This document shows positions 1-8,969 of a stretch of DNA of 64,000 nucleotides, one piece after another. The first letter of the stretch is position 1, and every line of letters begins with the position of its first letter. The stretch is from Parcubacteria group bacterium (GTDB lineage Bacteria; Patescibacteriota; Patescibacteriia; UBA1558; GWA2-36-10). A program made the position numbers and the translations under genes. The stretch lies in NCBI GenBank assembly GCA_003104935.1, contig PQAE01000002.1, forward strand, positions 67,527-131,526, read 5' to 3'. The notes under the pieces are model-generated. The model was not told the origin of the DNA. It saw nothing but the letters and a program-made list of their open reading frames with translations, and made no database searches.

Positions 1-813
1 TAATCCAGCTGGCACAAATGGTATTAATGCAGCTCCTGTATCAACGCTTAAATCGACAAATGATCCTAGAAAAGCTTTTGATGCATCTGATGCCTGCTGA
101 AGATTTCCAGAAAATAAGGAACCTACAAATTGCCCTCCTTTATACAATGTATTACCAGCATCATAAGTAACAAAACCGACATCTATAGCCGTATCTACTA
201 TCTGCCCATCGGAATCCGTGTTCTTTACTGGATTATTAGCTACATAGCTATAGCTATTAAGGTTCTGTGGATTTGATAAATAATACTCTGCAGAGTAATC
301 GTACTCTTCTTCAAATTGATCACTATCATGGATTTTTAAAACGGCTGGGTCTACGCTCATAAACCTCCCCGTAGTATTATCTAAATACCTGGCTCCATAG
401 TATTGTAGATTGTTTTCTTGGTCTAATTCTTTACCGGTAAACTTCTTGGTATTATCAATAGTAGAGTTAAGAGTCTTGACTTGGCCATAGGGGTCATAAT
501 CATTGGTTTCCAGTATATTTCCCTGCCTATCGGTAATGATAGTAGGAGAACCAAGGTGGTCAGTTAGATTATACTCTGTACTAGTATTACTGAATGTGGA
601 TATCTTTTGATCGCCTAGATAGATATTAACCTTAAAATTACCGTCTTTATCTATTTCAAAGTATTTATCAATGTACTTTGTCTGATCTGTGGTGATGTTT
701 TCATAATGACCAGAGCTAGTAGCGAGTACCGGGTTGATAAAGGAAAAAAATAATAAGCCTAAGCTTATTATAGCAAATATCTTTCTGTTTGTGACTTTTC
801 TTCTGCCAGTCAT
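1..813 (-). CDS. Mini-RHS (RHS repeat-associated core) polymorphic toxin, copy A; runs off the window at the 3' end
   Basis: ATG at 813. Near-identical to 5944..7098 over the N-terminal hydrophobic segment and RHS core (FTGKELD..NNLQYYGARY), then ..NNPVKNTDSDG followed by a different C-terminus (QIVDTAIDVGFVTYD..). Absent from the ORF track because the stop is outside the window. Confidence 0.9.
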   Translation of the reverse strand, partial: MTGRRKVTNRKIFAIISLGLLFFSFINPVLATSSGHYENITTDQTKYIDKYFEIDKDGNFKVNIYLGDQKISTFSNTSTEYNLTDHLGSPTIITDRQGNILETNDYDPYGQVKTLNSTIDNTKKFTGKELDQENNLQYYGARYLDNTTGRFMSVDPAVLKIHDSDQFEEEYDYSAEYYLSNPQNLNSYSYVANNPVKNTDSDGQIVDTAIDVGFVTYDAGNTLYKGGQFVGSLFSGNLQQASDASKAFLGSFVDLSVDTGAALIPFVPAGL

Positions 814-897
814 ACGCTATATATTAAAGCCGTCGCTTAATTAATAGCCGTCTAATATTTATAGCTTTAATGTAATCCTCTAGATAAAATTTGTCAA
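790..897. repeat. Identical direct repeat of 7075..7182 (promoter, 5' leader and first codons of the RHS gene)
   Basis: The two stretches are base-for-base identical by eye and stop exactly at the TTGACA -35 box. Minus strand reads TTGACA-17 nt-TACATT. Confidence 0.9.
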
Positions 898-989
898 ATA
901 ACATTCTGACCCCCTGTTCTCCCCCTTCCACTAGAGGCGGACAAGTGGTACGGGAAGGAAATTTTTAGTAAAGAAAAAATCTTTACTTT

Positions 990-1074
990 CGCATTCCCCG
1001 CGAACGCGGGGATCTAGAAATAAAATAGTTTTCTGGACCCCCGATTCTCGCCTCTGGCGAGATCGAGGGATGCC
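990..1074. repeat. REP-like palindromic element
   Basis: CCCCGCGAACGCGGGG hairpin and CTCGCCTCTGGCGAG hairpin within an imperfect outer inverted repeat, intergenic. Confidence 0.6.
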
Positions 1075-1130
1075 GACTTTTTCTATCTGTTTCACCCTCT
1101 CTTGCTTTACCAGTAGGAGTTGGGTAAATT

Positions 1131-1928
1131 TTAATGTTTCTGCAAAAACCGTAAAATCTTATGGGACACAAAATCGCGGGACACGACTTCGTCCACCCGA
1201 TGATTGCCGTGATCAATGAGATAGAGACTCTTATCCTTTACTTTCAGATTTTGAAATAAATATTGAGAGCTGACCGGATCAGCCACTCGGTCCGCGCGGG
1301 AGTGTCCGATCAGTATTGGTACCCGCAAATGAGGGATATCTCTCTTGGTACAATGGCTGATAAATCTCCGGAACTGCACTAGCGTCGGCACGGGTATATG
1401 AGTATGTTGTCCCAACTCGGGCAACAGTTTGGCCTTCTCCGCCGTGATCCAGTGTTTTTTATAATTCCTCAAAAAAAATCTGGCCAGCGGCAATAAGGCG
1501 CGAATAGTATTTTCTTTATAGAGCGTGATCGGTATGCCCAGGGAAATAATGCCTTTTATTTGCGGATAACATACGCCCAGGTGGATAGCCAAGCTGGCGC
1601 CAAAAGAATAACCTAAAATATATACTTTTTTATAGCGGGCCAGATTTGCCTGCACAGCCGTATCCGCCGACTCTACCCAATCATGAAAAGTGCTACGCCG
1701 CAAATCTGCCAAAGTCGTGCCGTGTCCGGCTAAGAGGATAGTGTCTACATCATAACCGCTGGTGGCCAAAATGTCGGCTATAAAATGCAGTGAATAAGGA
1801 GTACTGCTTACGCCGTGTATAATAATAACTACCTGATCATTGTCCGGACAACTGGTAATAAAAAACGGCTGGGCTTTGGGCGGCACTCCAGTCAGGGCTT
1901 TATAGGTTTTAATCGGATATTCTGACAC
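1131..1928 (-). CDS. Alpha/beta hydrolase (carboxylesterase/lipase)
   Basis: HG oxyanion motif, GYSFG nucleophile elbow, D (RADRVAD) and H (GNH) triad positions. Confidence 0.9.
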   Translation of the reverse strand: MSEYPIKTYKALTGVPPKAQPFFITSCPDNDQVVIIIHGVSSTPYSLHFIADILATSGYDVDTILLAGHGTTLADLRRSTFHDWVESADTAVQANLARYKKVYILGYSFGASLAIHLGVCYPQIKGIISLGIPITLYKENTIRALLPLARFFLRNYKKHWITAEKAKLLPELGQHTHIPVPTLVQFRRFISHCTKRDIPHLRVPILIGHSRADRVADPVSSQYLFQNLKVKDKSLYLIDHGNHRVDEVVSRDFVSHKILRFLQKH

Positions 1929-2503
1929 TATTTTTTCACTTTAAATTTATTTTTCAGATATTTCTGATATTCAGCATCCGCTTCCATCAACTCCTTGATA
2001 AAGTCGCGGATCCAATCGGCTTTTTTGGTCTGGCTATGCTCGGCTTTCCAATTTAGATAATCGCTCAGCTTACGCGATACCCGTAAAGTATATTTGATAT
2101 TAAAATACTCGGCTAGGCCGCTGGTATCCAGTTTTTCCAAAAAGTCGGCTAACTTTTGTTCCAAATCAGTAACTAAAAAATGGCTGATAGTCAGACGACC
2201 GGATACATTTTTATCCGGCCCCAGATTTTTTATAGCCGGATCAAGCTCACTGCCCTCCGGCAGTAAATACAAAACCGGTTTATTCTGCGATAGTCCCAGA
2301 GCAATCATATAGCCGGCCTGGGCATCAAGTTTTTTACCCAGGACGATTACGGCCTCTACTTGACCTAAGACATTGTCCGCCTTGGCATCACCATTTACTG
2401 TAACACTTTGATTCCAGACCGTAGCCCCCAGATTACGCAGATACTTTTCCGCATTGCGGGCCTCCAAGACACAATCTTTAGTATTATAAAAAAATATTTT
2501 CAT
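1928..2503 (-). CDS. Nucleoside 2-deoxyribosyltransferase-like domain fused to a C-terminal ribbon-helix-helix-like domain
   Basis: AGYMIALGLSQNKPVLYL resembles the NDT GxE(I/L)xxAxxxxKPVLxL motif with E replaced by M. C-terminal YTLRVSRKLSDYL...KADWIRDFI has an RHH pattern. Confidence 0.6.
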   Translation of the reverse strand: MKIFFYNTKDCVLEARNAEKYLRNLGATVWNQSVTVNGDAKADNVLGQVEAVIVLGKKLDAQAGYMIALGLSQNKPVLYLLPEGSELDPAIKNLGPDKNVSGRLTISHFLVTDLEQKLADFLEKLDTSGLAEYFNIKYTLRVSRKLSDYLNWKAEHSQTKKADWIRDFIKELMEADAEYQKYLKNKFKVKK

Positions 2504-2506
2504 AGC

Positions 2507-3499
2507 TTAGGTGTTATTAAATTCGCCGGCAATATTTTGTTTCATTACTTTTTCAAAAGCCGGCAATTTCTTACGATTAGCCACGGCCCAGAGAGTCTTG
2601 GCTACGGCCGTTTCCCAGGTGCAATCCGCCAGGCAGACCAGAGAACCGCTACCAACACTTAACTCGCGGTGATACAAAATTACTGATCGGCCGCTTTTTT
2701 CCAAAAGCAACTGTTTTTCTTTTTCCAATTGGTAATTGCCGGCCAACTTAACTATAATAGCTTCATATTTTAATAAATCATTTTTGTCCAGATTCCAGTC
2801 CACACCGCGGACATCCTGAAGTGTTAATATTTTGGCCGAAATTTTATCATAGATATTTTCTCTGGGCTTAGACGTCTGCAAACCGGATTTGATACTAATG
2901 CCAAAATCTACTCGACCCCAATAATTATTATCCTGGCTGACAAACATATTGGCCCGGTCATTGCTATTTGCTGGGATCGCCTTAACCGCCGGAATAAGTC
3001 GCGTGCCAAACATAATAGCCGGTCCGGGCAAAGTTTGACTGGCCACCTGAATGGCGTTGATCAGATTGGACTTCAGGCCGGAGCCACTGTGCTTGTCACG
3101 CAATTCCTTGATTAGGGCCTTTTTCTGATTATAGTCCGTGCCGCTGATGCTGGCGCCGGTTAAAATAATAGTTTTAGAAAAATTTTGCAGTAAAAAACCA
3201 AGTATTGCTCCTGTTTGCGCCAATTGCTCTACCGGAGCTACTATGACAAAACCATCAGCCTGGCCAGCTTTAACCTTGATAATCCTAGCCATGTTTTCCC
3301 AATGGCTAAACTGCAATACATCATCCTCTCCGGCTAACAATACTGTTTCCATATCAGCCAAAATATTTAGCTCCGGCATTTGGGCTAGCCATAAAGCAAT
3401 ATCTTCTTTTTTTTGTACGGAATAAAAATGCCCTTGTTTGTCTATCAAAACAGTGCCACCGGCTAAAAGTAGATATATTTTTTTGTTATTTTTAGGCAT
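2507..3499 (-). CDS. Degenerate L-asparaginase-fold protein
   Basis: LLAGGTV start, KTIILTGA, NLINAI and WGRV segments match asparaginase; the HGTDT motif is replaced by APVEQ. Confidence 0.75.
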   Translation of the reverse strand: MPKNNKKIYLLLAGGTVLIDKQGHFYSVQKKEDIALWLAQMPELNILADMETVLLAGEDDVLQFSHWENMARIIKVKAGQADGFVIVAPVEQLAQTGAILGFLLQNFSKTIILTGASISGTDYNQKKALIKELRDKHSGSGLKSNLINAIQVASQTLPGPAIMFGTRLIPAVKAIPANSNDRANMFVSQDNNYWGRVDFGISIKSGLQTSKPRENIYDKISAKILTLQDVRGVDWNLDKNDLLKYEAIIVKLAGNYQLEKEKQLLLEKSGRSVILYHRELSVGSGSLVCLADCTWETAVAKTLWAVANRKKLPAFEKVMKQNIAGEFNNT

Positions 3500-4184
3500 T
3501 GGTTTTTTCTTTGGGAGAGAAGATGAAATAAAATACTACAAAATTTATCAGTAAGGTAGATAATGGCCCTAAATGAGTATATCTCACATCATATGCATAA
3601 ACCAATAAAAGATTAGCGTAAGAGCTGACTAAAGCTCCGATTATAACTGCCGCTAATATAAATTTTAATTGTGACTTGTAAATTCCATCAGTAGTTCTAT
3701 ATTTTTTGACTAATAAAACAATGGACATGAACACTAAGATAAGAAAATTAAGGGTAAATAAAGTATAAGAATACCACTCAAAAGAGGCAATTACATGATC
3801 TGGCGCTATCTCAATATTAGGGACAGAAAACTGATAAAAAAACAAATAAAATACTATTGTCCATAAAACAGAGCTCGCTAAAAATATTTTTGTTCTCTTT
3901 GAAATATCAAAGGATTTATATGGAAAATTTAAAATAAACATGTACAAACAAACAATTATCAACAGCCCTGTTGGGCAACTAAGGGCTTCGGAAAACCTAA
4001 TCAGTTCATAACTAACTCCTAGGTTCGGAATAATCAACACACAGGTCCATAAAAAAGTAAAAAAAGCAACCAAGCTAAAATACAAATTTATCTTACTATT
4101 CTTTACTCCGCGGGACAAAATTATCAAACACATTAGTAAATTTACTGCCGCCGCGATTAAAAGCCAAATGTTTTGCGTATTCAT
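3492..4184 (-). CDS. Stand-alone 7TM membrane protein (HisKA_7TM-like)
   Basis: About 7 hydrophobic segments, KINLYF and K.QLK motifs typical of N-terminal 7TM regions of histidine kinases; no kinase domain. Confidence 0.75.
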   Translation of the reverse strand: MNTQNIWLLIAAAVNLLMCLIILSRGVKNSKINLYFSLVAFFTFLWTCVLIIPNLGVSYELIRFSEALSCPTGLLIIVCLYMFILNFPYKSFDISKRTKIFLASSVLWTIVFYLFFYQFSVPNIEIAPDHVIASFEWYSYTLFTLNFLILVFMSIVLLVKKYRTTDGIYKSQLKFILAAVIIGALVSSYANLLLVYAYDVRYTHLGPLSTLLINFVVFYFIFSPKEKTNA

Positions 4185-4187
4185 ACT

Positions 4188-4859
4188 TTATTCTTTAAAA
4201 AAAGCAAGGCGAAACACCATAAAATTCATAAATAATGTAAATATAGGTCCAAAACCGACTAATTTAAAGTTAGCAAAATAACAAAGAAATAAATCGAAAT
4301 ATATGCCAAAGACTAACCCTATAGATATGGTTACTAACAGCAGCAAAATTTGTTTTTTTAAAATTCCATCTGCCTGCCGAAATTTCACCAGAAAATTTTT
4401 AATGGCTAATATGACGATTGAAATAAAAACAAATGAATATAAAATGTACAGATCTTTCCTAATAAATAAAGTGTATTCCGTTTTTAATAGATCTTTCTCT
4501 GATCCAGTAATATACATATTTCCAAAAATAAAAAAAACAAACATCAGGAGCAGTAGAACGAATAATTTATTAACAAATTTGTTTTGGACAATTTTATAAG
4601 GATAATGTACGGAAAATAAATATAAACTCATAGCAATGGCTAAAGCCGATATATATGCGGCCTGGGCATTAAAAAACCAAAACGCACTGTCTGATGTTCT
4701 GGCGTAAAATAAATTCATGCACCATAGAAAATCAAAAAACGTCAGTAAACTAAAATACAAATTTATCTTATTATTTATGACGCCGCGCGATAGCACCAAC
4801 ACACTCATAAATAAGTTGATGCTGGCCGCTATCAAAAGAATTATATTTTGGGTATTCAT
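4188..4859 (-). CDS. Stand-alone 7TM membrane protein, paralog of 3492..4184
   Basis: Same MNTQNI.LLIAA..NL start and the same motif layout as its neighbour. Confidence 0.75.
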   Translation of the reverse strand: MNTQNIILLIAASINLFMSVLVLSRGVINNKINLYFSLLTFFDFLWCMNLFYARTSDSAFWFFNAQAAYISALAIAMSLYLFSVHYPYKIVQNKFVNKLFVLLLLMFVFFIFGNMYITGSEKDLLKTEYTLFIRKDLYILYSFVFISIVILAIKNFLVKFRQADGILKKQILLLLVTISIGLVFGIYFDLFLCYFANFKLVGFGPIFTLFMNFMVFRLAFFKE

Positions 4860-4918
4860 AGCCGTCTTTTTTTATTAGCCGTCTATAATAACTATACTAT
4901 GAAAACCGGCTTTGTCAA
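4859..4918 (-). promoter_or_regulatory. Sigma70 promoter and tandem AGACGGCTA motif for the 7TM operon
   Basis: TTGACA (4918-4913), 16 nt, TATAGT (4896-4891); AGACGGCTA at 4884-4876 and 4867-4859. Confidence 0.65.
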
Positions 4919-5045
4919 CCCCGTTAGACGCCACATAGGCTAGGGAGATGCTATGATACTTGTTCAATGCGTAAGCCATGTATAATAAAAAAACTGCTGT
5001 GATATGGAACAGCGTGTCGAGTCAATAAGTTGATAAAAGTAACAG

Positions 5046-5369
5046 CTAGCCTCCGATAAAAAAAATTTTATCTCTGTCTTCAGGATGAATAACATAACTT
5101 AATAAATCATGCCTCATCGCTCCAGTCTTTTTAAAGTTTAGTTTAGCTTCACGTAAAGTCATATGATTAGGGCCATCTAAATATTCACTATTGTCAATAT
5201 CCAAGTCATTAGCAAACTCATCTTCCCAAAAACAAACTGGACACACTAAATTTTCACCCCTACTTTCCAATGTAATGTAACCGCAGCAAGGGCATGGCTC
5301 TGTAGGATCATAATAATCAACGGATTTCTTTGAACGATACTTAAGTAATAATTCTTTGTCTTTTATCAC
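5046..5369 (-). CDS. Cysteine-rich CPCC-family protein (toxin-locus associated)
   Basis: CPCCG...CPVCFWED...GPNHMTLREAK.NF signature. Confidence 0.85.
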   Translation of the reverse strand: MIKDKELLLKYRSKKSVDYYDPTEPCPCCGYITLESRGENLVCPVCFWEDEFANDLDIDNSEYLDGPNHMTLREAKLNFKKTGAMRHDLLSYVIHPEDRDKIFFIGG

Positions 5370-5385
5370 ACAATCCGATTAAATT

Positions 5386-5616
5386 TTAGTGATCAAATCC
5401 GGATAATTCAATATGTACTAATTTACCGCCTTCAGAAAAGGATAAAATTATGTCAGCCCCCAAGGAATCTAAATATTGGCACCCTTCGTCAGATAATGAA
5501 ACCGTTTTTTTTACTTTATTTTCTGAAAGCGGTATCGCAGTTAAACCGTCTTCATAATCATAGGTCACGTTGATTTTTTTTCTCTCATATATTTCATTAT
5601 TAATTACTCCGGCCAC
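5386..5616 (-). CDS. Small hypothetical protein, candidate immunity protein (DUF2283-like)
   Basis: 76 aa, AT-rich, downstream of the RHS gene; YDYE.D..... and G.LV.IEL pattern. Confidence 0.5.
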   Translation of the reverse strand: MAGVINNEIYERKKINVTYDYEDGLTAIPLSENKVKKTVSLSDEGCQYLDSLGADIILSFSEGGKLVHIELSGFDH

Positions 5617-5933
5617 CCAGTAATAAATTTTTTTAACTTATCGCGTAGTGCATTTACATCGTCCTTGGTAATATCGTCATAAAGAGCAACAAAGTCCCCG
5701 TTATCATAATATAGCATGTCCAAGGAATTTATTATTATTGACAAATCTTCAAATTTTAAAACATAATCCATTTTCTGCAATCTTTCATTAACCCTCTTGT
5801 ACACTTCACGATCAAATAAAAATTTCACTTTCTTTAATATATATGGATATCCCCACGAATCAATTAAGCTCTTGCCTATAATATATTTTTCCTGTTTACT
5901 TAAAATTAAAAAATGTTGTATTTGCTCTGTCAT
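5604..5933 (-). CDS. Candidate cognate immunity protein
   Basis: 109 aa AT-rich ORF starting 10 nt after the RHS toxin stop. Confidence 0.55.
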   Translation of the reverse strand: MTEQIQHFLILSKQEKYIIGKSLIDSWGYPYILKKVKFLFDREVYKRVNERLQKMDYVLKFEDLSIIINSLDMLYYDNGDFVALYDDITKDDVNALRDKLKKFITGWPE

Positions 5934-5943
5934 TTTATAGTTA

Positions 5944-7098
5944 TTATTTTTTAAAAAAATCCCCTAATATATTTTCTTTGACGTATTTATATGCCTTATC
6001 TGGTTGGAATACTGTAGGTTGTTTTGGATTGTCAATAAATAGAATATTATCTTTAATGTTATAAAAATATTTTTTAACTCCCTTAATAGTTGCCTTGATA
6101 TCAAAATTCTTGAATGTATCCTTGGTTATATCTGTCACCTCTTCGATTGTCTTTCCTTTAAAATGACCCTGCTCTAATGCGTGCCTCGCCGCTGAAATGA
6201 ATGTTTTGTCTGCTGTTTCTAAACTTTTCCCAATAACTTTCTCCTCTCCACCCACACTAGTATCAAGAGTCGTTAACAACAAGGAAAATAATCTTGTGTT
6301 TGTCTTTTGTTCAGGGTCATAAAGATTGGCCACGTTATCAACAAAATCACCCAAGCTATTTGTAACAAACCCTGAAGCTTTACTGACGGTGCCACCCTGA
6401 TTACAAGTATAATTAGCCGCATTATGTAGGAATGAAGAAATATCTCTCTGACCACTAGCCATATCTACACCAAACTGACCATAAAATTTTCCATCAGGAT
6501 CCGTATATTTTACCGGATTATCCCCAGCATAACTATAACTATTCAGGTTTTGTGGATTAGCCAGTTGTTCTTGGACACTTCTACCATAGGCCTTGGTAAA
6601 ATCCTGGTCATCATTAAGTATAAAAAGTGCCGGATCTATAGAATAAAATCTCCCTGTAGTATTATCTAAATACCTGGCTCCATAGTATTGTAGATTGTTT
6701 TCTTTATCTAATTCTTTACCGGTAAACTTCTTGGTATTATCAATAGTGGAGTTAAGAGTCTTGGCTTGACCATAGGGGTCATAATCATTGGTTTCAAGTA
6801 TATTTCCTTGACTGTCGGTAATAATGGTGGGAGAACCGAGGTGATCGTTTATGTCATACTGTGTGCTAGTATTACTGACTGTGGATATCTTTTGATCACC
6901 AATATAGATATTGACCTTAAAATTACCGTCTTTATCTATTTCAAAGTACTTATCAATATATTTAGTCTGATCGGTAGTGACATTTTCATAGTGACCAGAC
7001 TCGGTCGCAAAGATTGGTTGTACAAATAAAAAAAATAACAGGAATAATACTATTATAGCAAAAATCCTGTTGTTTGTGACTTTTCTTCTGCCAGTCAT
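5944..7098 (-). CDS. Mini-RHS polymorphic toxin, copy B, with N-terminal signal peptide and candidate nuclease C-terminus
   Basis: Hydrophobic N-terminus ending IFA, DHLGS, YDPYG, FTGKELD, YYGARY, NPVKYTDPDG cleavage motif, variable C-terminus ending PTVFQP. Confidence 0.9.
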   Translation of the reverse strand: MTGRRKVTNNRIFAIIVLFLLFFLFVQPIFATESGHYENVTTDQTKYIDKYFEIDKDGNFKVNIYIGDQKISTVSNTSTQYDINDHLGSPTIITDSQGNILETNDYDPYGQAKTLNSTIDNTKKFTGKELDKENNLQYYGARYLDNTTGRFYSIDPALFILNDDQDFTKAYGRSVQEQLANPQNLNSYSYAGDNPVKYTDPDGKFYGQFGVDMASGQRDISSFLHNAANYTCNQGGTVSKASGFVTNSLGDFVDNVANLYDPEQKTNTRLFSLLLTTLDTSVGGEEKVIGKSLETADKTFISAARHALEQGHFKGKTIEEVTDITKDTFKNFDIKATIKGVKKYFYNIKDNILFIDNPKQPTVFQPDKAYKYVKENILGDFFKK

Positions 7099-7240
7099 AC
7101 GCTATATATTAAAGCCGTCGCTTAATTAATAGCCGTCTAATATTTATAGCTTTAATGTAATCCTCTAGATAAAATTTGTCAAGAAAAAATGCCCCTTCAA
7201 CAAGGCCACTTTTGGGTCAACCCTAGTCGCTAAAATGAAA

Positions 7241-7268
7241 CTCCCCCGCGGCAATGCCTACGGGGGAG
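7241..7268 (-). terminator. Intrinsic terminator after the tRNA-like gene
   Basis: CTCCCCCG/CGGGGGAG stem followed by TTTCATTTT on the minus strand. Confidence 0.65.
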
Positions 7269-7272
7269 AAAT

Positions 7273-7369
7273 TGGAGCCGGTGAGAGGACTTGAACCTCC
7301 AACATATGGTTTAAAACGAAACCAGGGCTTCGTCATCCACCACTGCTCTACCAATTGAGCTACACCGGC
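7273..7369 (-). tRNA. tRNA-Thr-like gene with a 21-nt expanded anticodon arm (97 nt)
   Basis: GCCGGTG/CACCGGC acceptor stem plus T-CCA, D-arm GCTCAATTGGTAGAGC, T-arm GGAGGTTCAAGTCCTCT. The anticodon stem GTGGT/ACCAT encloses 28 nt instead of 7. Upstream TTGACA at 7428-7423. Confidence 0.8.
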
Positions 7370-7493
7370 CAGTCTTAGGTATATGTACTCACAGTTGGAT
7401 ATATTAGCAGAAAAGGATTTATTGTCAAGAAAACAAAAATACCCCTAGGCCAAGCACTGTGGTTTTTAGAAAACTTTTTTATAGAAATTAAAA

Positions 7494-8876
7494 CTATAAC
7501 TTTACCTGCACCGCATTTTGTCCCAGCTCGGTATCGCGGATTTCCACTCCCAACTCCGATAATTTATCCCGCAACTTATCGGATTGGGTCCAGTCTTTGG
7601 CTTGCCGGACTAATTTTCTTTGCTCTAATAATTCTTGAGCTCCGGGTGGTAGATTTAAGGCCCGCTCCCTGAGCTCCTTTAAGCCGAGACCTAAGACTTC
7701 ATCCATTTTTAACACCGCACATAATTTGGCATGCGTAGGATTTTCCGATTCAATGGTTTGTTGTAGTACTGCCAGTCCCTTAGCACTATTGATATCGTCA
7801 GCCATCTGCAGATAAAAATCCGCCTCTAGGTCCGGACAGCCCAAAGCCGGCTTATCAAAAAATGCAATTTCTTTTATTATATTGACCAATCCTCTTTGTG
7901 CGGCCTCCAAAGATTCCCAGGTAAAGTTTAAAGTCTTGCGATAATGATTTTGCAATACTAATAATCGGAAAGCCGCCGGTGAAAATCCTTTAGCTTTGAT
8001 ATCTTGTAATGTGATGCCGGTGCCGAGTGACTTTGACATCTTGCCACTGTCAACACGCATAAAGGCATTGTGTAGCCAGTAATTGGCTTGTCGCTTGCCG
8101 GTCACGGCTTGGGACTGGGCCATCTCATTAGGGTGGTGCACGGTCAGGTGGTCTAAGCCGCCGGTATGGATATCAAAAGTATCGCCGAGCGTCATCCGGC
8201 TCATCACCGAGCACTCCAGGTGCCAGCCCGGAAAGCCCTTGCCCCAGGGCGATTCCCACTCCATATCCCTTTTTTCATCCGCCGGAGAAAACTTCCACAC
8301 GGCAAAATCGCTGGGATGTTTTTTGTCCGGATTGACGTCCACCCGACTGCCAGCGCGCTGATCTACGTTTTTCAGATTGCCCAGCTGGCCGTAATTTTTT
8401 GCTTTGGAGGTATCAAAATACATGCCATCGGAAATCCGGTACAAATATCCCTTCTTATCCAAAACCTGGGCAAACTCAATCTGTTCTCTGATCGTATCGG
8501 TAGCGCGCAGATACTTAATCGACGGCAAAATATTTAGCTCATTCATGTTTTCAAAAAATACTGCACTGTATTTTTTGGCCAGATCCCAGGCTGATTCACC
8601 GGTTTTTTGGCTCGCCTTGACCAGTTTGTCCTGGCCGGCATCGGCATCCGAGGTCAGATGCCCCACATCCGTGATATTCATGACATGTTCCACCTGATAC
8701 TTTTGGGAAAGCAGATAACGCTTGAGTACATCCCAAATGATATAGGGCAACATATTCCCTAAGTGGGGATTATCATAGACCGTGGGACCACAGCTATAAA
8801 TACCGACCTTATCTTTAGAAATAGGCTTAAACTCCTCTTTTTTACGAGTCAGGCTGTTATACAAAAGTATGGTCAT
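7494..8876 (-). CDS. cysS: Cysteine--tRNA ligase
   Basis: CGPTVY, HLGN, PGWHLECS, KMSKS motifs. Confidence 0.97.
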   Translation of the reverse strand: MTILLYNSLTRKKEEFKPISKDKVGIYSCGPTVYDNPHLGNMLPYIIWDVLKRYLLSQKYQVEHVMNITDVGHLTSDADAGQDKLVKASQKTGESAWDLAKKYSAVFFENMNELNILPSIKYLRATDTIREQIEFAQVLDKKGYLYRISDGMYFDTSKAKNYGQLGNLKNVDQRAGSRVDVNPDKKHPSDFAVWKFSPADEKRDMEWESPWGKGFPGWHLECSVMSRMTLGDTFDIHTGGLDHLTVHHPNEMAQSQAVTGKRQANYWLHNAFMRVDSGKMSKSLGTGITLQDIKAKGFSPAAFRLLVLQNHYRKTLNFTWESLEAAQRGLVNIIKEIAFFDKPALGCPDLEADFYLQMADDINSAKGLAVLQQTIESENPTHAKLCAVLKMDEVLGLGLKELRERALNLPPGAQELLEQRKLVRQAKDWTQSDKLRDKLSELGVEIRDTELGQNAVQVKL

Positions 8877-8969
8877 AGCTATTTTATTTTAACATATCAC
8901 AGACTTTTGTCTAATATAAAAACAATTCCTGATTTAGGAATTGTTTTTATATTTTTTATCCTGACTGAA

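Noticed and set aside
363-7020. Diversity-generating retroelement TR/VR pair in the RHS duplication
   Set aside because: Differences are not adenine-restricted, look largely synonymous, and no reverse transcriptase is in the window.
1-7369. Integrative element at the tRNA with att sites
   Set aside because: No integrase and no duplicated tRNA 3' end within the window; the left boundary is not visible.
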